A stretch of DNA of 64,000 nucleotides, from NCBI RefSeq assembly GCF_004010195.1, contig NC_057750.1:16136550-16200549 (forward strand), read 5' to 3'. Numbering within the stretch: position 1 is the stretch's first letter; each line of letters opens with the position of its first letter. The notes beneath the pieces are model-generated. The model did no database searches. It worked only from the letters and a program-made list of their open reading frames with translations, and was not told where the DNA came from. The DNA comes from Chiloscyllium plagiosum. Taxonomy: Eukaryota. Shown here in pieces: positions 15,257-27,761 of the stretch. The position numbers and the translations under genes were made by a program.

Positions 15257-15455
15257 AAAATGTGTTGCTGGAAAAGCGCAGCAGGTCAGGCAGCATCCAA
15301 GGAACAGGAGAATCGACACACTTTCCTCATTCCTGAAGAAGGGCTTATGCCCGAAACGTCGATTCTCCTGTTCCTTGGATGCTGCCTGACCTGCTGCTCT
15401 TTTCCAGCAACACATTTTCAGCTCTGATCTCCAGCATCTGCAGCCCTCACTTTCT
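15257..15455 (+). mobile_element. PLE-derived short element (P1) with inverted 5' arm, intact hammerhead-like core and 17-bp TSD
   Basis: TSD cctcttgagctagcatg at 15240-15256 and 15456-15472; arms 15255-15317 / 15358-15420. Confidence 0.85.
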
Positions 15456-15529
15456 CCTCTTGAGCTAGCATGGCAATTAACCCCGAATATTCCTTCATTG
15501 GTAACTTTTGTTTTGGACTTTTATTGCAG

Positions 15530-15614
15530 CCAAGGGATGTAACAAATTTCACAGTGAGTGGTTTTGCCCCAATGAGCCCCCGGATCAGCAGTCCAATGCA
15601 TCCCAGTGGTGGAG
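15530..15614 (+). CDS. SUPT5H: SPT5 exon, KOW4-KOW5 linker ([28 protein letters not shown])
   Basis: ttgcag| and |gtaagt; 85 nt, phase 0-1. Confidence 0.96.
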
Positions 15615-18149
15615 GTAAGTGAGCATTTCAGGCAAGATCTAAAGCTATTTATTTAGTGGAAGGCATGCTTTTGACAACCAGGATTGAATGCCAATAGATT
15701 GACATTCGAAGACTGTTGCTTTCTCATATGATGTGTTTATTCCATTAATAGCAGGCAATATAATTTTTGCCTATTGATCTGTCTTTGATGCATAGCTGAA
15801 ATGGTTTCAGTGGGAGACTCTGTTCATGATTAGTGATACCAAACTGCAAATTATTTCATATGTGGTCTGCCTGACCTAAGTATTTCCAGCATTTCCTGTT
15901 TTATTTTCTATTTCCACCATCTACAATAATCTGCTTTTCAACTTGCAATTCATTGGATTTGTGTTCCCTGTGATATGAGTGAACTTCTCTCCCATATTAA
16001 AATAGGGGCTTTCTCAGGGCCCTCTTAGCAGACTTGTATTAATGTCTGTAGCCTTAGCTTCCAAACTAAATTACCAAACGAGAAATGATTTTCTTTTCAG
16101 AGGTTTTGGTATTGTGGAGACTCCTATCCTGTTAAAATAGGTAGCTGAACTAAATGACCATGATCTTGAAGTTTGCATCTTGGAATCCATTACAAGACCA
16201 TGTCAAATGGTTCTGAGGAAAGAAAGCCTTTGCAATAAACTGGTGTACAATCTGGGTGGATTGAGACTTCATGGCATTACTTCTATATAACAGCTTGCAT
16301 TTGTATAGCATCCTTAACATATTAAAACATCCTAAAGAGCTTCACAGAGATTGTTAACAGACAAAATATCAAGCCAGTGAAGGAAATGTTTGGAAATTAA
16401 TCCAAACACTGGGTCGCTGAGTTAATGAGGCTTAAAAGCTGCTGTGCAGAGAGAGAGGGGTTTATGGAGGTAATTCTAGAGTTCATGGTCTAAGCAAATG
16501 AAGGGACAGCATCCAACACCAAGCCAAAGGAAATTGGGACATGCAAGAGGCATCAATTGGAGGAACACAGTTGATGGAGAAAGTTAGTGAGATAGCAAGT
16601 GGCAAGCCAATGAGATGATTTGAACCCCAAGGCAATGATTTTAAAATTGAAACTTTACCAGGTCAGAAATCCCTCTATGCCAGGCAACCATAGAATGATA
16701 TGTGAATGTGTAAGAATTGTGTTATGTACACAGAGAATTTGGGTGAGCTCAACCTGTTAGTGTGTTGCCGATAGGAGGTCAACCATGAAGAAGTTGATTG
16801 GGGTAATAAAGGTATTAAAGAAAATTTCAACAACAGATGGGTGATATCATGGAAGTGATAGTTAAGTAACCCAGTGTGAGATCAGAAGCTCAACTCAGAT
16901 GGACTGTTGTGGCTGTAGAAACTTTCTGGTTCATCCTGAGTTCATGGCCATGAAGGAGGACTGAATTAGCAGCTAGGGGACAGAATATGTTTTGAGGGCA
17001 AAGACTGATGTTAATTGGTTGAAATTTTTATTCATCTGAAGTGCAACATGTTCTGACAGCACAGAGGTGGTGCAGGAATTTAGAGAGAGGGATGGTGGTG
17101 TTGTGAAACTGCATAACTTCAGTGTATCTATCTTCCACAGACTGTCCCTTGGTGTCAGTATCAGATTAAAAAAAATAGGCTGGGCCCAAGATTAAATCTT
17201 TGGTTGTCCTGAGGTAACCATGTAGGAGCAGGAAGAGATGTACTATAGATTTCTTAGCTAATTGCATATTTGGGAATAAAACCATGTGAGGGTAGTGCCT
17301 GTTAGTTTGTCACTGAGGAGGTGCTGGAGGAGAACGATTGGCAATATCACGATTGCAGACAGCTATCATAGATCAGAGCTGGATAATCAACATGGTTACA
17401 GACATTTGGGGGTCATTTGCAATCTCTTTGGTTTTATTATGAGGTAGTTTAAACATGGATTTTGCCATTTGTTCTCTCTAACTTTGTCATGTAACTCTGC
17501 AATCCTCCAGTTCTTGCTTCTTCTACATTTCTTACTCCTTTCAACTTGCCACTGGTTGCTTCTTTCTCTTCAGCAATCTTGAACATGAACTCTAGAATTA
17601 TCCCCTTAAACCTCTGTCTACCCACATCCTTTGAAGGGTCAAAACTTACCTGCCTGTGATAGGTTCTGATTTGGAGTTATAGAAAGACGGGCATGGGTTT
17701 GGAAGGTAACAACACTTCGTCTTTACAAATGAGGACTTTGGAGATTGGGCAGTAGTTGCAAGAACAGAACTGTCAAGCTTGGATTTTCTTGAAGGGTGGT
17801 TTTTAATAGTGGACATGGTATTTGAAGTGGAGGGGAATGTTATCAAAGAAAAGGGATATGTTTATATTATCAGCAATCAGGAAGGCAAGAAAGAATGGTT
17901 GGATGATTAGCAATTTATTTGGAATAGGATCAAAAGAGCAGGGGTGAGTTGCAACTAAGTTGAACTGAGATGCTTGAGGTGAGTTCAGGGTTAGGGAGAA
18001 AATGGAATTTTTCTAAGTTTGGCTTGTTTGGAGAAGAGAGGGAAAAGGCAGCTGAACAGATGCCTGAAGCTCAGTGACTAAGAAGTAAATGAGATACTTG
18101 CTCATGTTGGAAATGGAGTGTCGCACAAGAAGGATTTCAGGAGGGATTA

Positions 18150-18490
18150 ATGGGGAGATAGTGATGTAATGGTAATATTACTGGATGAATAATCTTCCTA
18201 GGCTTAATGCTCTGACTGCAAATAGACTGACTTTGAAAGGAAATTTCATTATTCAGACCAAAGGCAGCAACTGGTGACATTTGAATTCAGTTAATAAATC
18301 TGGAATTGAAAGTAATTCTTAGTGATAATGACCATGAAACTGTCATCAGTTGTTGCTTTAAAAAAAACATCTGGTTTGTGGTTGAGTTAACGCTTTCTGA
18401 AATGGCCTGAGCGATCTCATTTGTTCAAACATAATTAAGGATGGGCAGCAAATGCCAGCCTTACCAGCTTTCATAAAAGAATGAAGGAAA
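18150..18490 (+). mobile_element. Old tRNA-derived SINE (second SINE family; related copies near 7480-7760, 11790-12060, 28190-28600, 38570-39325, 62720-63010)
   Basis: Head gtgatgtaatggtaatattactgga; shared body (gaccatgaaactgtc..., ctgaaatggcc); tail gatgggcagcaaatgccagcc. Confidence 0.6.
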
Positions 18491-19347
18491 AGATGGTGGT
18501 TGGCAGCTGAGAAGAGAATTTGAGCTATCTTCAGATTCAAGGATGATCCTAGAACAGTAATTAGTTTTGGCAGAGATCCAGTAGTGCTTTGTTTCATCCA
18601 GCTAGATCTGGCAACAAATGGTTCAAAGCAATTGTCTACCATAACTTCTCACGTGTACAGCTAATGAGAATAATACAAGACAATCATCAGTGCACATGAG
18701 AGTCAAATACTTAAGATGTGGCCCAGAGTCCAAGATTTTCCTGGACTTCCTGTCACTTGAATATGAACTTGATGAGCATAGAGCTCTCCAGAAAGACCTG
18801 AAATTAACCATGATGTTTAAAACAAAACGTTTGATGAATAAACAGTAGGAAAAATACAAGTTGATGTGAATAATGAAATCTCCTTTCAAAGTCAGTCTTC
18901 CAGATTTACGTAATATTAAATTTCCAGCATGCATTAACTGAACAATTTGTAGGAATAGTTGGGATAGTTTGATAAAGGACCATTACCTGCAGATAAATCT
19001 TGTTTTATTAGCTACTGGTTGATGAATTAGGAATCCAATACTGGACATTGTGGTGAAGCCCTCTACTCTCAATAAAACGTGATCTGAAATTTAATATGAT
19101 GCTGGATTTTTGGTATGGTCAGTTTTATCAAGTGTGTGACTGCAATGTTCAATCAATGTTTTAAATATTGTCCACGTGTCCATTGGTTTCAGTTTATTCT
19201 AATGGCTTCAAACATTTGTCCCTTGATAATCCCGTTTTGGTGATGTGCACTGCTGAAACGCAAGATGTGTCTATGCCTTTATTCATCATGACTTTATTGA
19301 CATCTGCTTTTCTGCAATTAAGATGATTAAATGATTGAATCTTACAG

Positions 19348-19455
19348 CCCCTCGAGGTGGGTTTGGAGGACAGGGGGGAATGGGCCGTGGTCGAGGTCGT
19401 AGAGATAATGACCTGATTGGACAAACGGTGCGCATTTCACAAGGACCATACAAAG
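19348..19455 (+). CDS. SUPT5H: SPT5 exon, RG-rich linker and KOW5 start ([37 protein letters not shown])
   Basis: ttacag| and |gtatgc; 108 nt, phase 1-1. Confidence 0.95.
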
Positions 19456-19549
19456 GTATGCTATGAAACAAAGAACTTTCTTAGTTAACACCATGCGCTG
19501 AATATTCAAAGCAATGTACACAACAAAATCTCAATATACCACCTAATCT

Positions 19550-19726
19550 ACAAAAAAGTAGAAATTGGAGAAACTCGGGGCAAAACCGTTCTGCTGCAGA
19601 ATCACTGATTTAAAGCATTAACTCTGCTTTCTTCTCTCAGATGCTGCGAGACCTACTAAGTTTCTTCAGCAAATTCTGATTTTTATTTCAGATATCCTTC
19701 ATCCACAGTTCTTTGCTTTATTTTAA
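19550..19726 (+). mobile_element. PLE-derived short repeat (family P2) with 10-bp TSD
   Basis: TSD cacctaatct 19540-19549 / 19727-19736; body cagatgctgc.agacct.ct.agtttc..cagc shared with copies near 3310, 27300, 48370, 50790, 51190. Confidence 0.65.
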
Positions 19727-20331
19727 CACCTAATCTTCACATTTCCTGGTGTACAACGCTATGATTATTGAATCCTCTTTGCCAGTTTATGTTTAAATGT
19801 TTTAAACGTTTTTCTGTCATTTTTTTAAACATACAGAAATCTATGTTTGTAAGTTTCAAAAATTCTCCAAACAACTGACTAATTGCATAATAAAAATACT
19901 GAGACTTTTAGAAAGCGGTTATATCAGTGGGATCGTGAGAAGTGGCAAGGACATGGGAAAGCAGCATGGCTCCCACTTAATCCCTCAACTGCCACTAAAT
20001 TGTAATGAATCGCACTGGCATCCCACCAGCAGAGTGGAAATCTTTTGTCAGCCCTTCTGCCCTCTGACATGTTTGGGGGGGGGGGGGAGGGGGCGGGGAG
20101 GTGTTTGTTGTTGCTGAGAGACTGCCAAGGGGCCTGTCCTCAATTAAGTAGCTTCTGTGTAGTGTTGCTACAGGGGAACACTCCCTATATAGGCAAAAGG
20201 TAACACTTTTATAAACAGTCCATTTGAACATTGCAATGTACAATGTATAGGATGAATCTTTGTTCACTGCCTGGAACTGGGTGCTACAGCAGAGCTTGTT
20301 CAGTTCACTATTACAATACTGAGCATAATGA

Positions 20332-20448
<117 letters not shown>

Positions 20449-22099
20449 TAAGTATAAAGTCAAAAATAGTCAAAAATAAACTGCATTTTGAAGTTGATGA
20501 ATGTGTCTGGCATTCGAGTCAGTTGAATGGATTGTATCCGTTGCTAGAACAGCAGCTTCTCTTTGCGTAGTACCTTAAATCTAATAAACTGTTATTTCAA
20601 AAGATTGTTTCAAAACAAATTATGGCACTATGCCAGATAAGAGATTAAGTCAGGTGACCAAATGTTTAATCTAAAAGACCGATTTTATGGGAGTATCTGA
20701 AAGGAGGAAAGCCAGGTCATGAGGCAAAGAGTTTTAGGTAGGGTGTTTTAGAGCTAGGAACTAGACAACTGAAATCATGCTCATCAAAGCTGAAGCAATT
20801 AAATTGGGTATGTTTAAAGACAAAAATTGGATTCCAGATATAGTAGAGAGTTATCTGACAGAAATAGATTAGAAATAGGGAGCGACAACACTATGGAGGG
20901 ATTTAAAACTAGCCTGATAATTTTAAACCTAGATTTTGCTCAACTAGAAATCAGTGAAGAACTACAATGGGTCTTACTGCAAGTAAAGACATAGGGAATT
21001 TGGTGACCTCATGTTTGTGAAGGATAGAATGTGAGAGGTCAGCAGCGAATGCTTCTGAAAAGTCAGGTATTAAAGACATAACAGAAGATTCTGCATTTCA
21101 TAAACTGAGACATGGGTAAAGGAGGGTGATGGATGTGAAAATTGAGAGGCTTTCATGCTGACGTTTTGTTTGTGACTGAAAGCTCCACTTGGGGTCAATT
21201 ACAACACCTTGGCTACGACAGACTGGTTTAATCTCAGACTGTTACCGGGAAGAAGAATGGAATTGGTAGCCAGAGTTTGGAGTGGGAGATAAAATTCAAT
21301 GGCTTTGATCTTCCCGTTATTTACTTATATTGGTATTATCCCTTCATTGTACTTTGATGTGTATAAATCAGTAGCATAATTGAAACAAGCTGGGCTGTGA
21401 TTTTAGAAAATGGTATATTCCCTGTGTAGGGCCTGCCTCTGATGTCCCATGGTAGGAAAATAGTTATCTAATGTGCAGTTTTGAGTCTTACGAATGAATG
21501 TCGACTGCTTGAGGTGATGGTCAGGTGGGTAGTGATACCTGCAGATCTTAATCCAAACAAGATTTTAGGTGGAGGAAAGAAAGGGTCAAGAGAAGAAGTG
21601 TGACTGATTCTGACAATCCTTATAATATTTCTAATGACTTGAAGTCTAGAATTATTATGATATTAATTTGTGTAAACTTGTTCTATCTGGAAATCCTCAA
21701 TTATTTTCAGCATAGCCTTAGTGGGAGTGTTAGCATTATCTTGGTTTCTCTCTCGTTTTCTTCAAGCCACCTTCAGCCCACCTGTCAATGTTATCCACCC
21801 ATTTAATTTTTCTTCTTTTCTATTTTTGCTTCAGTTGATCCTAGCTCAAGACTGTCAGGTCTTCATTTCCAAGGTCCTATATTTCTGTCTTTCTCCTTGT
21901 CGTATTTAGCAACCTTTTTGATTTGTGAACTCTTACTCTTGATCCTGATGTATTTGCATGTCTTTATGTCCATCCACTGATTCTGGGCATCCACTGCTGT
22001 AACCCATTACAACCTGGAGATATTGTGAGCTTAATGGTTCCTGATGTTGAATTTTGTTTGTAGGAAAATATACAAAATACTTTCATCTTTGAATTTCAG

Positions 22100-22227
22100 G
22101 GACTCAAAGAAGAAGGGTGGCTTGACATCTGCTTACAGTCGTACTCCAATGTATGGTTCCCAGACCCCAATGTATGGCTCAGGATCACGGACACCCATGT
22201 ATGGCTCTCAGACACCTTTACATGATG
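22100..22227 (+). CDS. SUPT5H: SPT5 exon, CTR1 repeats ([42 protein letters not shown])
   Basis: tttcag| and |gtaaga; GS(Q/R)TP repeats; phase 2-1. Confidence 0.96.
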
Positions 22228-23388
22228 GTAAGATTGCTTGGCCAGACAGTATTGTGGAACTCATTGCCCATGGGTATGGTGCAAGTGGAGACATTCATTT
22301 CATAGGGAAAATAGATGGCAACTTAAAAGGTTGCCGGGCTACAGGAATGGAAAGGGTGAACTGAACTGACCAGATTCATGCTAATTCCCAATTAACAAAC
22401 TTATTCGGAGAAAAGGCTCTGGTGACTTTGTTCACTGGTCATTTTAGTAAAATTCCTGTATCCCAATGGATTCCTTAATTTAGAAGTCAGTGTGAATGTC
22501 CTCAAATGTAATAACCTATGCCGATCATATTTCAAAGCTGGCATCTATTGTTATGTCTTTGAGCCACAGTTATGTAGTCAAGAAAATCAAAAACACCAAG
22601 CAAACATTGTATTCACAACCAGAAGATCTCCATTTTATGCAGTTTAATATAACAGGTGCTGAGCTTGGTGCCCTAATAATTGATTTCTGCAAACGCATGA
22701 CCAGTCCATTCATGCTCTGTGTGATCTAAATAACCTCATTATAGAAATTATCAAGCACTGAGCCTTTTTTGAATTTTTAAAAAAGCTGTTTGGGACATTA
22801 TTGCCCCTGGTGCATTATCCACGGAAATACCTCAATCAATCAAAATCAACATGCCATCCAATGAGCATCCTTTTCTCATGCAGTATAAATTGTTCTCCTT
22901 TTCAAATTTGGCATTGTTGTAATTGCCCTGATTGGTGTGAAATGAGCAACTTTGACAACATGTCTGTTCTCAGAAATACACTTTTTATTTGTTCGGAAGT
23001 GATTTTAATTCATTTAGAAAGTTGGTTTGTCCAGAAATTAATCTGATTTGAAATCTGTCTGAGAAACCATCCTGTCAACACAGATTTTAAAGTTGGAATT
23101 GGCTTCAGGATATAAATCAAATTATTAAATACCTTTTTTATTTGCACTTAAAGCTGTGAAGTTTTTGGGAGACTGAAATACATTGCCTGGGTGTTGGCTG
23201 CGATGTGTTTGTGATTAGAATGAAGAAATGAGCTTGTACAGTGTCATTATATGAGACATTGCAGGATCTTGCAGAGTTACAATCATTGCAAAACCTTTAC
23301 AGCAATTTCATCAGAAATAGTCAAATATTGAGTCTGTTTTTATTCCAGCCTGCATCTGAAATGTTAGCAAAGATCAGTATGCTTCTGA

Positions 23389-23514
<126 letters not shown>

Positions 23515-23658
23515 TAAGTATCAATGAAAGCGAAGATTTTCAGTTTGACTTGCAGCGAAGGTTAGAATTTAAACAATATATGAATTTATTTTCTTCCACA
23601 GAGTGACTTGTGCAGTTTGATTTTTACAAGCAATATTTTCTTTTCTTTAATTGCACAG

Positions 23659-23817
23659 GAATGATGATGAGTATGATTTCCCTTATGATGATGAGCCCAC
23701 CCCATCTCCACAGGCCTATGGTGGAACACCCAACCCACAAACTCCAGGCTACACAGACGTGCCATCTCCACAGGTTAACCCCCAATATAACCCTCAAACA
23801 CCCGGAACACCAGCAAT
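23659..23817 (+). CDS. SUPT5H: SPT5 exon, CTR2 ([53 protein letters not shown])
   Basis: gcacag| and |gtgagt; 159 nt, phase 2-2. Confidence 0.95.
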
Positions 23818-24829
23818 GTGAGTACATATAAAGCCCTGTGTTGTGTAATTATATCATTAATTCTCTGAACTCCATTATTTTCTGTTGAAGTACATTGGTG
23901 CTGCTAAGAGGGCACATTACTGGACTTTTCCATGGGTCGAGGCAATCGATTTTTTAGTAGCGGGTGCACGTAGAATTTATTACGCAGAAACAGGTCGTTT
24001 AGCCCAACCAATTTTTTCCAGTATTTATCATCCACAGAAATATCTTCATACTTGATTGCATCTAGTCTTCACATTACTTCTCCTTAACTCTCATGAATAC
24101 ATGAATAGCGTGGAGTTAAGCCCCATCAGACTGAAACAAAGTCTTCACTTCCACCAAGTCTCTGTCTGCCAACAGAATCATGATGGCACAGCAGCTCAGT
24201 GCATCAGGTCTATCCTTGCTCCTTTTAGAGCAAACAATAGTCTCATTCCTCTGTACAGTTCTGTAGCCAAGCAATTTTATTTCCCTCAAGTGCTTTCCAA
24301 CTTCTTCAAATCATTCAATATCTCTGCTCCACTGTCCTCATAGGCAATGTGTTCCAGTCATTGCCATTGTTTAATTAAAATAGTTCTTCTTCATGACCCC
24401 ATGTCTCTTTTGCCTGGTCTTGAAATCTGTCTCCATTTCTTTAACCATTAGCTAATGGGAACAACATACCTTATTTAAACATGTCATGACACAGTACAAA
24501 TATAACCTCACTATTCAAGAAAGTGGAAACTATAGACCAATTAGAGGATGTAACAAGCAGGGAGTGGTGGGCCTGTGAAATTCATTGCCACGGAGCGCAG
24601 TGGAGGCCGGGGACGTTAAATGTCTTCAAGGCAGAGATTGATAAATTCTTGATCTTGCAAGAAATTAAGGGCTATGGGGATAATGTGGGTAAGTGGAGTT
24701 GAAATGCCCATCACCCATGATTAAATGGCAGTGTGGACTCGATGACTTATGGTAGACACAGGGGAGCCGGTAGACACAGAGGAGCCAGTCGATATCCAAA
24801 AAGCATTTTATGAATTGCCACATTTTCCC

Positions 24830-25710
24830 TTGATTTATTATTGTCATGTATACCTAAGTACACTGAAAAGCTTTGTTTGTGAGCACGACAGGAAAATCAT
24901 AGTAAGCAAGGACATGAAGTTCATAAGGTGCTTAGACAGACTGAGGCCTACAGGTTACACTGCATAGGAGGTGCACGAAGCAAGGTCAACATTATTTGAA
25001 TTTAGAGAGCCCATTCATTAGTTTAATAATGGCAGTGAAGAAACTGTTCTCAAACCTGTTGGTGCATGTTCAAGCTTCTGTATCTTCTACGTGATGGAAG
25101 AGTTTGTAGGAGAGCATTACTGGAGTAGGAGAGGTCTTTGATGATGTTGGCAGCCTTTCCACGGCAACAAGAACTGTAAATGGAGTCCATGGATGGGATG
25201 TTGGCTTGCATGATGGTCTGAGCTGTGCAAACAACCTTCTGTAATTTTGTACGGTCCTGGGCAGAGCAGTTGCTGTACCAGGCCATTATGCACCTGGATA
25301 GTAAGCTTTCTGTGCATTTGTAAAGGTTGGTGAAGATCTTTATGGACATGCCGAGTTTCCTAAGCTGCCTGAGGAAGAATATGATTTAGAGATGCCGGTG
25401 TTGGACTGGGGTGTACAAAGTTAAAAATCACACAACACCAGGTTATAGTCCAACAGGTTTAATTGGAAGCACACTAACTTTTTAACTTTGAGGAAGAATA
25501 GGCATTGTTGTGTTACCTTGACCGTTGCATCTCCATGGGAAGTCTAGGACAGGTTGTCGCTCCTAGGAACTTGACACTCTCAACCTCTGCCCCGTTGATG
25601 TTCTCCTGCTTTCTATATTAAGTCATTGATTAGTTATTTTGTTTTGCCACATTTAGAGAGATGTTATCATCGCACCATGACAGCAATCTTTCGGTCTCTT
25701 TTCTGTATTC
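24830..25710 (-). mobile_element. Rex1/Babar-like LINE 3' fragment, interrupted by a P3 element
   Basis: ORF 25050..25349 (TNLYKCTESLLSRCIMAWYSNCSAQDRTKLQKVV...LPSRRRYRSL) resembles the Rex1-clade ORF2 C-terminus. Confidence 0.65.
25382..25488 (-). mobile_element. PLE-derived short repeat (family P3) with 12-bp TSD
   Basis: TSD tgaggaagaata 25370-25381 / 25489-25500; homologous to 55982-56146. Confidence 0.8.
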
Positions 25711-25719
25711 TAATATGTG

Positions 25720-26750
25720 TACTGCATCAAGTTAAGCATTCAGGGTATGGATATGATTTATTAACATGAATGACTGATTGATTGGTTAACTCCCAGGAAA
25801 CGCAGTTGGGATAATGGGGTTATTTTCAGGTTGACAAGCTGATAGGGGAGTGCCTCCGGGATCAGAGCTTAACTAGTTAATCTGTGGTGATAACTTGAAT
25901 AAGGGAACTGACTGCTTTGCAGCCAAATATTCTGATTGTACAAAGATAGGTGGGCAAGCAAGTTATGAGTATACAAACAGTCTGCGAAAGGGTATGGAAG
26001 AGTTAAGTGGTTGGGCAAAAATTTGTTGGATGTTGTATAATGTAAGAAAATGTAAGGTTATCCACTTGTCAGGAAGGATAAGGAAGCAGATTATTACTTA
26101 AATGGTGAAGCAGTGTAGAATTCTGCAGTACAGAAGGATCTAAATGTCCATGAATCACGCAATATTAGCATGCAGATATATCAAATAATTAGGAAGGACC
26201 TGGAGTGTTGACCTTTATTGCGGGGATGTGGAGTATGAAAACAGAGGTCTTGGTATAACTGTACAAAATGTTGGTGAAACTGAAGAAATGTAGAATATTT
26301 TAGCCTCCTTATTGGAGAAGAATTAACTTACATTTGGTAATAGTTCAGAGAAGACTCACAAGGCTAATTTCTGGGATGAAGGGATTGTTATATGGGGAAA
26401 GCTCAGCAATACAGTCTGTCTTTGGAGTTGAGAAGAATGAGACGTGATCCCTTATTGGAACCTAAAACATTCTGAGGCAGCTTGATGGCTGAGATGCTGA
26501 AAGGGTGTTTCATTTAGGTGGAGTTGAGAACTAGTGGGTACAGCTTAAAAAGGAGGGATCTCGTGTAAGATGAAGATAAGGAGAAATTTCTTTTCCACTC
26601 AGAGCAGTGGAGGTTCAGTTAGCTATTTTGGGGTTGACAAAAGAGTTAAGAATTTGTGGAACAAATAAGAAAGTAAAATTGAGGCCATGACCAAGATCAG
26701 CCATGATTTTATTGATTTGTAGAGCATGTTTGAAGTGCCAAATGACCACC
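25720..26750 (+). mobile_element. Old CR1-type LINE ORF2 remnant
   Basis: ORF 25895..26101 (TKIGG...WAKICWMLYNVRKCKVIH) and degenerate 3' end. Confidence 0.7.
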
Positions 26751-27020
26751 ACCTATTTATTATCTCCCAACTCTTCTCTAAATCTCCTTTAATATCTGGA
26801 GAATAATCCCAGTTTCATCAACCTAATCTTTAGCTGTAAACACCTCATCCATGAACCCATTCAAGTGGAATCCTCAAGGACTTTCGTATCCTTTCTAAAG
26901 TGGATTGCTATTTGCTCTGATTTTGGCTGCCTTTCTACACTTTGTTACTCTTCAAAAAGGTGGCTCAAGTATGGCTAGTTCAGTCTCCTCATCATTTAAT
27001 CTTTGGAATTTGTTTTTCAG

Positions 27021-27189
27021 GTACAGCACAGACCAATTTTCTCCATATGCGGCTCCATCGCCTCAAGGATCTTACCAGCCCAGCCCCAGTCCACAAAGCT
27101 ATCACCAGGTTGCACCAAGTCCTGTGGGCTACCAGAATACTCACTCACCTGCCAGCTATCACCCAACACCATCACCAATGGCGTACCAG
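27021..27189 (+). CDS. SUPT5H: SPT5 exon, CTR2 ([56 protein letters not shown])
   Basis: tttcag| and |gtacgt; 169 nt, phase 2-0. Confidence 0.96.
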
Positions 27190-27557
27190 GTACGTTTTAA
27201 GAGTGAACCTGTTTGAATTTACTTTTACAAAGACAGCAGCCACTTGTCTGTGCTGGTTTACTGGTTAGTTGACCTCAGCTGGGAAGCAGTTAATACTGTA
27301 ACTGAAACAAACACAAGAAGTCCTAGAGAAGCTGAGCAGGTCTGACAGCATCTGCAAAGAGAGAAACAGACTTAATTTTTTGAATCCAATATGACTTCTT
27401 CAGACCTGCAAGGGTTTGGAAAATGGTGCTTTTTATATTGGCAGAGATGGAATATAAAATGATGGAAAGTAAATTGAATATTTTACCAGTACATGAACAA
27501 TATTGTTCTAACTCAAGTTGCCTTTCTGTCCCACTCACAGTATGTTTTCTGTTACAG

Positions 27558-27761
27558 GCAAGCCCAAGTCCAAGCCCTGTTGGTTATAGTCCAATGACAC
27601 CTGGGGCCCCATCTCCCGGTGCATACAATCCTCACACACCAGGTTCCAGCATTGATCAGGGGTCCAATGACTGGGTAACAACTGACATCATGGTTAAAGT
27701 ACGGGACACCTATTTGGATGCGCAGATCATAGGACAGACTGGAGTGATCCGCAGCGTGTCG
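27558..27761 (+). CDS. SUPT5H: SPT5 exon ([68 protein letters not shown])
   Basis: ttacag| and |gtatgt; 204 nt. Confidence 0.96.
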
